A stretch of 53,837 nucleotides of DNA, counting the filler, from Squatina squatina (Eukaryota), in the NCBI GenBank assembly GCA_031763465.1. It is 3 parts of 3 records of this genome, joined end to end, with 100 filler letters (N's around TTAATTAATTAA, not from the genome) between each part and the next. Parts side by side here need not be neighbours in the genome. Positions count along the whole stretch, not along the records: positions 1 to 23,770 come from JARFOE010000115.1; 2 more parts are not named here. One strand, 5' to 3'. The notes beneath the pieces were generated by a model, which worked only from the letters and a program-made list of their open reading frames with translations, did no database searches and was not told where the DNA came from. The translations under genes and the position numbers were made by a program. Below, piece by piece: positions 11,447 to 21,064 of the stretch (positions are counted from its first letter, which is position 1; every line of letters begins with the position of its first letter).

Positions 11447-12304
11447 ATGAAGGACAGACTCGAAGAATTGATAGAGTATTCAAAATCTTATCCACAGCCG
11501 GCAGAGTCCCACGATGGGTTGGATTCCCCTCAGGAAAGCTTGGTGTTTGAATGCGACTTCACTTTACATGTGCTTTACAAGGAAGTGCAGCAGATCCAGG
11601 AGGAAAATGGGCGACTGAAAGTGGACATCAGACGTCTAGGAAAGCAGAACACCCGCTTCCTGACCTCAATGCGACGCCTCAGCAGCATCAAGCGGGATTC
11701 AAATTCTATTGCAAAAGACATAAAAAGCCGGGGTGAGAAGATCCACGGGAGGCTGCAAAACCTGTCCAACTACATAGAAGAGATAATGAATACGCATGGG
11801 CCCAATGCTGCCATTGCTCGCATTGCGCAGGCACAGCACTTTGCCCTCTTGCATGCTTTTCATGACGCCATGTTGCAGTATAACACGGAGGAGATGAAGC
11901 AGCGGGAAAACTGCAAGACCCGAATCCAGCGGCAACTGGAGATCATGGGGAAGGACATGTCCAGTAACGAGATGGAGGACATGATAGAGCAGGGCAAGTG
12001 GGACGTGTTCTCTGGGAACCTGCTGAGTGAGGTGCGAGGGGCACGGACTGCACTGTCGGAAATTGAGCAGCGCCACCGGGAACTGCTTAAGCTGGAGTGC
12101 CGCGTTCGGGAGATTCACGATCTGTTCCTGCAGATGGCCGTGCAGGTGGAGCAACAATCAGAGACACTGAACATCATTGAGGTGAATGTGCAGAACATCC
12201 AAGACTACGTCGGCGAGGCCAAAGTTCAGCTGAAGAAGGCAGTGGCGCACAAGAGGAACAACATTTGTCGACAGATCTTCTGCTGCTACTGTTGCTGCCC
12301 ATGA
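11447..12304 (+). CDS. STX11: Syntaxin-11 (Qa-SNARE without transmembrane anchor), single coding exon, 285 aa
   Basis: Starts MKDRLEEL and contains the SNARE motif (ALSEIEQRHRELLKLECRVREIHDLFLQMAVQVEQQ). Ends in a Cys-rich tail (IFCCYCCCP) instead of a TM helix. A splice acceptor lies 5 nt before the ATG. Linkage to UTRN favours STX11 over STX19. Confidence 0.88.
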   Translation: MKDRLEELIEYSKSYPQPAESHDGLDSPQESLVFECDFTLHVLYKEVQQIQEENGRLKVDIRRLGKQNTRFLTSMRRLSSIKRDSNSIAKDIKSRGEKIHGRLQNLSNYIEEIMNTHGPNAAIARIAQAQHFALLHAFHDAMLQYNTEEMKQRENCKTRIQRQLEIMGKDMSSNEMEDMIEQGKWDVFSGNLLSEVRGARTALSEIEQRHRELLKLECRVREIHDLFLQMAVQVEQQSETLNIIEVNVQNIQDYVGEAKVQLKKAVAHKRNNICRQIFCCYCCCP

Positions 12305-13029
12305 CGTGACATTCCCCCCCTCACTGTACCTGGGCATTGCCCCACTGTGTCACAGCACAGCTAAACATCCCCCTCCCCAAGGACATTGGCTGTTGCATAA
12401 AACATCTGGATTGTCGCCATGATTTTGTCCTTTTGTAGCTGGCTTTCTCCGTGCCAGCAATCTCTGCAAATTAGAGGGATGAACTTGGATCGCAAAGTTT
12501 GGTTTTGCCGCCCCATTGCCCAAATTANNNNNNNNNNCGTTCTCCCCTACACCACGTGCCGAATTCTTGAAAAATTGTGGCTCATTATCCAAAAGCCTGG
12601 CTTGGATTACAGACCTGGAGTTTCTTGTCTGGTTCCTGCGACAGACCTTATACATCGGGAGTACATCGGATGGAAAACAGTCCACGGATCTCTGTTCTCG
12701 GGATGTAGGGGTCGCTGGCAAGGTCGCCATTTATTCGCCGTCCCCAGTTGGCCCAAGAAGCTCGTACTGAGGCTTCTCCTTGAACCGCTGAACTCCTGAT
12801 TTTTATTCCCAATGCTTTGAGCTCCAGATCAGACTCTTCCCTCACGTCTGGGGGCAGGGGATTGTGTGTTTACACCAACAGCACCTCTCGCTTTGCTTTG
12901 CTCCAGGACATGACTCCAAGTATCTCACGNNNNNNNNNNNNNNNNNNNNNNNNNNNNNNNNNNNNNNNNNNNNNNNNNNNNNNNNNNNNNNNNNNNNNNN
13001 NNNNNNNNNNNNNNNNNNNNNNNNNNNNN

Positions 13030-13290
13030 TTTCAAAAATCCATGCTGACTCTGCCCAATCCTATTATTATTTTCTAAGTGCCCTGTTACCACATCCTTTA
13101 TAATAGACTCAAGCATTTTCCCGACTGCTGATGTTAGGCTAACGGGTCTGTAATTCCCTGTTTTCTCTCTCCCTCCTTTCTTAAATAGTGGGGTTAAATT
13201 TGCTACCCTCCAATCTGCAGGAACAGTTCTAGAATCTATAGAGTTTTGAAAGATGACAACCAATGCATCCACTATCTCTGTAGCTGCCTC
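13030..13290 (-). mobile_element. CR1 LINE reverse-transcriptase fragment
   Basis: Translates LKEAATEIVDALVVIFQNSIDSRTVPADWRVANLTPLFKKGGREKTGNYRPVSLTSAVGKMLESIIK...SQHGF. Confidence 0.9.
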
Positions 13291-13470
13291 TTTCAAAACC
13301 TTCTCTCTGTTTCTCTCTTTGTCACTGTTTCTCTTTTTGTACCCGTCTCTCTCACAGTCTCTCTTTGTCTCTCTCAATGTCTCTCTCTTTGCCTCTTACT
13401 CTCTTTGTCAGTGTCTCTCTCTGTCTTCGTCTCTCTCTCTCTCTCTCCCTGTTTGTCTGTCTCTCAGTCT
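13291..13470. repeat. CT-rich low-complexity tract
   Basis: Degenerate (CT)n/(CTGT)n seen directly. Confidence 0.85.
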
Positions 13471-13524
13471 GTCCAGTTCTGTTCTCAGCTTGATTCTTGC
13501 TCTGACAGTGTTTGCACTTACAAT

Positions 13525-13596
13525 TCCTTGTTAGTGTAGTGGTATGTATCCTTGTTTGTTATGCTGGAGGTTAAGGTTCAATGCCCTGCTGGGAAA
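13525..13596 (+). pseudogene. tRNA-Asp(GTC)-derived pseudogene
   Basis: TCCTTGTTAGTGTAGTGGTATGTATCCTTGTTTGTTATGCTGGAGGTTAAGGTTCAATGCCCTGCTGGGAAA aligns without gaps over 72 nt to the recalled vertebrate tRNA-Asp. Differences are mostly transitions. A T5 run follows. Confidence 0.7.
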
Positions 13597-13891
13597 GAAG
13601 TATTTTTAACATAAATTTCCTTTCATCCTGCTCAGTGACACTGGTAGATATTGGTATAAAGGTTACATATTTATATGTCATTCTTTAGATGCTAGTCTGC
13701 TAAATCTGCATTCTTTTCTCACTCTCTCAATCACTCTCACCTTACAAAAAGGGATGGAATGGTGAAATGTATCTGTGCCTTGCAATCTCTACCTCATTCT
13801 CTGCCTCTCTTTCTCTCTGTCTCTCTCTCTCCCTGCCTGCTGGTCTCTTTTTCACTCGATCCAGTTCTGTTCTCAGCTCAATTCTACATCA

Positions 13892-13955
13892 GCCTGTGTT
13901 AGTGTGTTGTGGCTTCCCTACGTGGAAAACTGCAGTTCAATTACCTGACAGGGAG
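13892..13955 (+). pseudogene. Second, more decayed tRNA-Asp relic
   Basis: Ends gttcaattacctgacagggag and is followed by tttttaacat. It shares the upstream flank ccagttctgttctcagct with the first copy. Confidence 0.45.
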
Positions 13956-13996
13956 TGAGCAATTTTTAACATTCTGAATATTAAAATTTTTGTAAT

Positions 13997-14096
13997 TAAA
14001 AACAGAGAATGCTGGAAATACTCAGCAGGTCAGGCAGCATCTGCAGAGAAAGAAACAGAGTCAACGTTTCAGGTCGACGACCCTTCGTCAGAAGAG
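13997..14096 (-). mobile_element. Penelope-like element terminal fragment with minimal hammerhead-like core
   Basis: aaaacagagaatgctggaaatactcagcaggtcaggcagcatctg...; related pieces at 15082-15128 and ~7035-7115. Minus strand reads CTGACGA-stem-GAAA-CGTT. Confidence 0.55.
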
Positions 14097-14900
14097 CAGG
14101 AGAGTCATCATTTTGCTTTTGTATTAAGCCTTTGTGCAACGTTTTAAAACCCTCCTTGGAAAGTAGAGCAGAAAAAATCCACTTTCTGAATGTGATGGCT
14201 TAGAGATTGTTTGGAGATTGGATTTTTGCTGGCCACCTGGTGTAGAGCGATGGATGATTGTGATTGTAATTCGGGAGCGTGTCAAAATTCAACAAACTCC
14301 CCGTCGGTTTAATTGTCGGTTACAAGGAGAAAAATTCCACGGATTGTAACACCTCGCCTTTCGAGTTGATCTAAAAGATTTGCTGACATCTGCAGCAGAA
14401 ACACGATAAAAATCAACCAAATTACCGACAGTCACTGTGTCTAAGTCACTCTGTGTGTGTTTCATTCTTCCTCCACTTTTCTGAGTGTCTCTGACTCGAT
14501 GCATCCGTCTTTGTTCATCTGTGTGTCTCGCTGTGCCTGACTGTGTTTATGCATTTGTCTCTATGTGTCTGTCTATGGGTATGCACCTTTGTCTGTGTGT
14601 ATGCTGGTCACTCGGGTAACAAGCGTCAATACTCTCCTCAGCCTTCACCTCCTTCTGAAAGTGTGGTGTCCAGAATTGGATTCAATATTCCAGCGGGGGC
14701 TGAACTGGTGTTTTATAGAGGTTTCACACAGCTTCCTGGTTTCTGTACTCTGTCTCTATTCATAAATCCCAGGATGCCATATGTTTTATTAACTGCTTTG
14801 TTAACCTGTCCTGCCACCATGGGAAGATCTACTCTTCCCTCTGGCAGGGTGGCCCTTGAAGCCCAGATTCCCATCGGGATAGTGTCCAAACATTAGCAGC

Positions 14901-14983
14901 ACCAGGATGGCCGAGTGGTTAAGGCGTTGGACTTAAGATCCAATGGGTTTATACCCGCGTGGGTTCGAACCCCACTCCTGGTA
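14901..14983 (+). tRNA. tRNA-Leu, anticodon TAA
   Basis: 83-nt cloverleaf: acceptor ACCAGGA/TCCTGGT, A-box TGGCCGAGTGG, anticodon arm TTGGA-CTTAAGA-TCCAA, long variable arm GGGT-TTAT-ACCC, T-arm GTGGG-TTCGAAC-CCCAC. Confidence 0.97.
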
Positions 14984-17900
14984 ACTCTTTAATTTAACAC
15001 TGATTTTCTTTCATCCAGCTCAGGGGCAGCTGATTGTCATCTGCTGAATTTCCATCAAGCAAACAATGAGATGGAGAATACAAACAAAAATTGCTGGAAA
15101 AACTCAGCAGGTCAGGCAGCATCTGTGGNNNNNNNNNNNNNNNNNNNNNNNNNNNNNNNNNNNNNNNNNNNNNNNNNNNNNNNNNNNNNNNNNNNNNNNN
15201 NNNNNNNNNNNNNNNNNNNNNNNNNNNNCACACTATCTTTTTCTCTTTAAACAAAAAGGTCAAATGCAGCTCAGTTTAACTTATTTCGTAAACTCAGTGC
15301 ATAACTCCAGTTAAATGAAGCCCAAAGGTCACAAAGGGCTGCAGGTAGCAAGAATGTACCAAATGGATTTAAACTGATAGTTTAGGGCCTGTGTGGCTCA
15401 AATATCCATGCAGCAATACACAGTGCAGCAGAGCAGGAAGGTTCATAGGCTTGGCTCCTGGTGCAAGCCATGTTGAATGGGGAAATTGCAATATCGCCAA
15501 GTAATGGTGGCTGGGGGAAGAAAAAATTGAAGAAAATCAAAGGGGAAAGTTGTGCCTGGGCATCATTGCCATCTCACGGCAGCTAGTTACAAGGGGCAAC
15601 AGCAACTTGGGAAAAGTTCACGCGCCTGCTCCCTCAACACCAAGCTGGGGAAGTCAAACAGCTCTTGGTGTAGGGAGACCTTCCCCCTGTAAAACTCGAG
15701 CTTTCAGTGAGTGGAGTGGGTGTGGTGCTGATCAAAATGAATTACTTCAGTGTTCTTGTTGTAATGCTCAACTTCTGTTATTGTGCTACCTAGTGGCAGA
15801 AATTAAGCACTACAGATCAAATTCATTCTGTGCACAGACCTCGAGTGTGGAATTATCAAACTCTGTGTGCTGTCTAAAAGATTAGTGGCGGATCTAAACT
15901 TCTGCTTGTACTAGACTGAAGGTTGCTTGATGTGAGTGTATATGAAGGCTCTCTGGATGTCAGTGAGTACAGTATGGAAATGTTATGAACCTTATAAACC
16001 AGGAAGGTCACTGGTTCAATCTAAGATATGTGCTGTGCTAGCTTAGCTGATCTCAGTTAGGGTGGCAGCTGGATTGCTCCTTTGAACCCCTGGGCTGGAG
16101 GGGAAAGATCAGACTTGGTTCCTGATTGTTGCCCAATGACTTCTGCTGGAAATGTATGTGAGGGGTGTTGGGCGAGGACAGGATTTGGCTGTTTGTGATG
16201 CTCTCCCCCTCCCCCCACCCCCCAATGCTTTACGATACCTGCTGATATTCACTGAATGAAGCATGGCCACTTGATGAGGTACTGGTGGTACCAGACACGG
16301 GCCACCCCCAACACGGGTTTTTAATATATTAATCTGATATTTAATTTTGGTTGAATACATAAATGGGGATATTAGAACATGNNNNNNNNNNNNNNNNNNN
16401 NNNNNNNNNNNNNNNNNNNNNNNNNNNNNNNNNNNNNNNNNNNNNNNNNNNNNNNNNNNNNNNNNNNNNNNNNNNNNNNNNNNNNNNNNNNNNNNNNNNN
16501 NNNNNNNNNNNNNNNNNNNNNNNNNNNNNNNNNNNNNNNNNNNNNNNNNNNNNNNNNNNNNNNNNNNNNNNNNNNNNNNNNNNNNNNNNNNNNNNNNNNN
16601 NNNNNNNNNNNNNNNNCAAGTAAGTGCTGCTGACTTGGTTTCCTTCTGGGTGCACAGTTCAGTCTGAACTTGCAGGTCACAGCATTTTGATTGCTAATTG
16701 TGAAATTCCAGTTTATTCAGCAGAATAAGCATTCAGTCATTGTGAAACACAACAGGCAACGTTTGTAAGAAGTCCTGTATGAGAACACAACTAGTTTGGT
16801 CATTAATCTGTTGCTTATGTTGTGCTTGCTGCAAGGAGTGCATTCCTCTCAACAAAAAAATGAATCTAGTTAATGCTACCAATGGAAACATGATGTGTTG
16901 GTGGGAATGTGCGTGGGCCAGGATTATTTGCTGATTTATAATCTGTTTCAAAAGTTTTTGACCATGTCCATATTTGTAATAGTGAAGGGATGTTTTTGTT
17001 AATGGCTGACTTAATTAGTGACTTTATTTTTAACAGTTGATGAATGCTTCAACTATCGCTGTGTGTTTTTTGCTCTTGGTCCGTGACTTTAAAGAAAAAA
17101 ATCCGCTATTATGTGGTTGTGGGATAATGCACGGAATTAGATGGCAACTGTTGCTTGGTACCCTGTGGTTTTTGGCTGTCTCTGCTCAGCTTATCCACTG
17201 AGGCGCACAGATCAGGAAGGCTCCAGATTTGTTCCCTGATCTGTGCTGAGTAAGCTGGTCTCGGCACCTGGGTGAGGGAGGGAGGAAACAGTGGTCGTGG
17301 TTCCCGCTCCTGACAGCTACCCATCTTTCCTGGAAGTCTGTATTTGTGCACATATTGGGTGAGGATGGGATTGGGCTTGACCGTGATACCATTCATGGTC
17401 AAATAACNNNNNNNNNNAACATGTCAGCACTTTATTGTCGAGTGCGATTCATGTTTGGAAATGCATTGATTTGTGAGCTAGCTGGTGAGTGCAGATGCTC
17501 GTAGGATCTTTATCTTTGGGTTTGTTGTTTGGTCCAAATGAGCTGATAGTTGATGCATTATCTATGATCTCGCCACATTGAGTAAACAAATGGTGAGTGT
17601 CTTTCCTTAGACCATTGAATAAGAAAGTAAATGAGATGGTCGAGAAATATTTTCAACGTATTTGCGCCCATTTTGCTCTGTGGTGCGCTGTCGGTGATAG
17701 CCCTAACTTTGGCTGCATTGCTGGACGATAAGTCTGGTTGGTGCTGTCATTTTTTTGTTTCTGGCCGGGCTCATCTGTACCGGTCAACAAAATGGTTTTC
17801 CCGTTGATGGCCTGTGGGTTGAATCCAGCCCCCTATTCCAGCGCTGACTTCTACTTCACTCTCGCCTCAGCTCTTTAAATTTCCNNNNNNNNNNNNNNNN

Positions 17901-19209
17901 NNNNNNNNNNNNNNNNNNNNNNNNNNNNNNNNNNNNNNNNNNNNNNNNNNNNNNNNNNNNNNNNNNNNNNNNNNNNNNNNNNNNNNNNNNNNNNNNNNNN
18001 NNNNNNNNNNNNNNNNNNNNNNNNNNNNNNNNNNNNNNNNNNNNNNNNNNNNNNNNNNNNNNNNNNNNNNNNNNNNNNNNNNNNNNNNNNNNNNNNNNNN
18101 NNNNNNNNNNNNNNNNNNNNNNNNNNNNNNNNNNNNNNNNNNNNNNNNNNNNNNNNNNNNNNNNNNNNNNNNNNNNNNNNNNNNNNNNNNNNNNNNNNNN
18201 NNNNNNNNNNATTCGATAGGAATCGTGTGCTGCTTGTGGCAGCTGGATCATCTTCAAAAAGTTGGACATTTCAGCGATATTTGAAGAGGGACATTGCAAT
18301 GTGTCTGATTCTGTCCTCGCCCAGTGTCTGCATATCGTCTTCCAGCAGGGGTTATTGAATAGCGATGAGCAGTGGGACCTCTGGCTCAGATTTTATTTCT
18401 CCTTCCTGAGCCAGAAAGCTTGGGCTTGCGAACTTTAAGTGAGAAAGTACTTTTTAAAATTAAAGCCAGGCCTTAGTCAAGTGGTGGCTGTATTGGAGAA
18501 CACTGATCTGCCGAGTCTCAACACCTTTTGTATTATGACAAATACAATGAAACAAATAGAGCAGAAAGCAACGCGGTGAAACAGGATATATAAGAAAAAG
18601 TAACACATGAGTAACCAGTATATTGAACAATACAACACATGAATGTTCCCAGTGCAGAGTTTGCTGAAATCTGTGACAGTTGGTTTAAAGCACAAAAAAT
18701 CAAATCGTCTGACCTCCTCAACAGAGAATCAATCGTGCACTGAAATTAGAATGCTCATGGAAGCTGCATATTCATTAGCTGGTCACCAAGTTTCTGCCTT
18801 TAATAAGGCCCCTTTGTAGTAGTTGCAATTTTTTATTTCTCCTTTTTTCCTAAATTATTTTAGTCTTCTTACTGACGATCGAACTCTTAAATTACAAAAA
18901 ACTGCCGGGTTTTAGTGGTAGGTGTGCTTGCTTCTTTCATGTTCCCAGGACATAGTTTATGGGAGAGCTGTAACCCAGTCTTGCTTTGAAATCCATTTTT
19001 TCCATTAATACACAAACTGCTGAGACCTGTGACCTTGGTGTGCAGCTTTCCCCTTTTTTTGCTAACTATTGCCATGTTGTTTGTGATTGTGTTGCCTGTT
19101 AAAGGGCCATTAGCCATTTTTTCTGCACTGCTGACAGTGTCTGGGAAATAATTTCTCCTTCTCTACAGAGTGTGTGTGTTTTGCTTCCCAGTGGTCCAGA
19201 GACCAATCA

Positions 19210-19652
19210 ACCCTGTGCTCGGTAGCCTACATTGGCTCCCAGTTAAGCAACACCTCAATTTTAAAATTCTCATCCTTGTTTTCAAATCTCACCATGGCCT
19301 CGCCCCTCCCTATCTCTGTAATCTTCTTCAGCCCCACAACCTGCTGAGATCTCTGCGCTCCTCTAGTTCTGGCCTTTGAGCGTCCCTGATTTTAATCACT
19401 CCGCCATTGGCAGCCATGCCTTCAGCTGCCACGATCTCAGGCTGTGGAATTCCCTCCCTGATCCCCTCTGCCTCTCTACCTCTCTTTCCTCCTTTTAAGA
19501 TGCTCCTTAAAACTCTTTGACTAAGCCGTTGGTCATATGTCCTCATATCTCCTTATATGGCTCGGTGTCAAATTTTGTTTGATAATACTCCTGTGAAGTG
19601 CCTTGGGATGTTTTGCTAGGTTAAAGGCGCTATATAAATGCAAATTGTTGTT
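19210..19652 (+). mobile_element. L2-clade LINE 3' fragment
   Basis: Translates PVLGSLHWLPVKQHLNFKILILVFKSHHGLAPPYLCNLLQPHNLLRSLRSSSSGL, the classic L2 ORF2 C-terminus. Tail ends aaggcgctatataaatgcaaattgttgtt. Confidence 0.85.
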
Positions 19653-20973
19653 CGTTATAAAAATATTGGAGCTGGGGAACATTCCGGCACAGATACAATG
19701 GGCCGAATGGCCTCCTTCTGTGCTGTAAATTTCTATGATCCGACCCGAGTTGGCTACCTTACTGCAGCCACTGTAGATGGTTTCCCTTTATCTCGTAGAG
19801 GTTGCGGGTTTGGGNNNNNNNNNNNNNNNNNNNNNNNNNNNNNNNNNNNNNNNNNNNNNNNNNNNNNNNNNNNNNNNNNNNNNNNNNNNNNNNNNNNNNN
19901 NNNNNNNNNNNNNNGTTGAATGGCGGTGCAGGCTCGAAGGGCCGAATGGCCTTCTCCTGCACCTATTTTCTATGTTTCTATGTTTCTATGAGGTTGCAGA
20001 GTGGAGTCCTGAGCCAGATTTGTAGCGGGTAGCCCTTGTCCCCGAATAGCCAGCCGTGAACTTCATTTGGTGCCCAGAATAGTTCTGGCACACTACTCTG
20101 GCGCATGCTGAAGGCATTGTGGCTACTGCCAGGATAGCGGGCAACCCCCATCATGATTCAACGGGTGTGGTCACAGACCAACTGAACATTCAGCAAGTGG
20201 AATCCCTTACGGTTGCGGAAGATCTCGGGATTGTGATGCAGTGCTCTCAAGGTGACGTGGGTGCAGTATATGACACCTTGCACCATGGGGAAGCCCACGA
20301 TCCTGGCTGACCATACTGCATGCTCATGCTGTTTCTCACTGCTCAAAGGAAAAGAGATGTACTGCATCCTCCTTCTGTAAAGAGCAGTAGTGACCTGTCG
20401 AATGCAGCAATGCATGGCAAATTGGGAGAAAATCTTGTCTAGAACCCATATGCTGCAATGAAAGGCTGAAGTGTCCCGTCTATTCACTTAGTTTAATATA
20501 TAGTCCTGAAATTTATGAATTAAAACTTTTGAATTTTTTGGTAACAATCATAATGAAAACTTGGCAATTGCCACAACTGGAAAGCAATCACCAGCTTGAT
20601 AATGGGGGAATAGGCTTGTTGCTGTGGCATGTGCCCTATTTCTAAGCTGTTCCACACACCCATCATTTTGCTCCAGGGAAAATTCAATATTTATAGTTAT
20701 GAATAAAGTTGAGGGCACTGGGCAACCTGTGACTAGGCTCAGTAGAATGATTAAACAGCAAGTCTGTATTGCTCATAGCACTAGCTCAGATACACATAGC
20801 TCAGGAAGTGCAGTGGAGAAAGCAAAGTGCTGATTGTGGTTGAGTTTGTGGTTCTCTCTTTTTGAATTCTATTCTAATACAAGATTGTGTGTTTATCTGC
20901 GATCTCCCAGCTTGCATTGGGCGATGTTAATATCCGTTTCCTCTGCATGTTTTCCTGTGAATAGAGCTTAGTG

Positions 20974-21064
20974 ATGGATGTATGGAGTGTGAAGCCGTTA
21001 TCATGGAAAATCTATCCTATTTTTCATACTTGCAGCAAAAGTGCAAATGTGACAAACGGACTTG
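20974..21064 (+). CDS. Candidate alternative first coding exon of utrophin (B-isoform-like)
   Basis: gtgATGG start, then MDVWSVKPLSWKIYPIFHTCSKSANVTNGL plus G|gtaagt. Consensus donor, phase 1, located between tRNA-Leu and the UTRN CH1 exon. Confidence 0.4.

Noticed and set aside
17560-17600. Possible UTRN exon ending aacaaatg|gtgagt (and caa|gtaagt at ~16620)
   Set aside because: Donor-like motifs only, with no recognisable utrophin peptide or supported acceptor.
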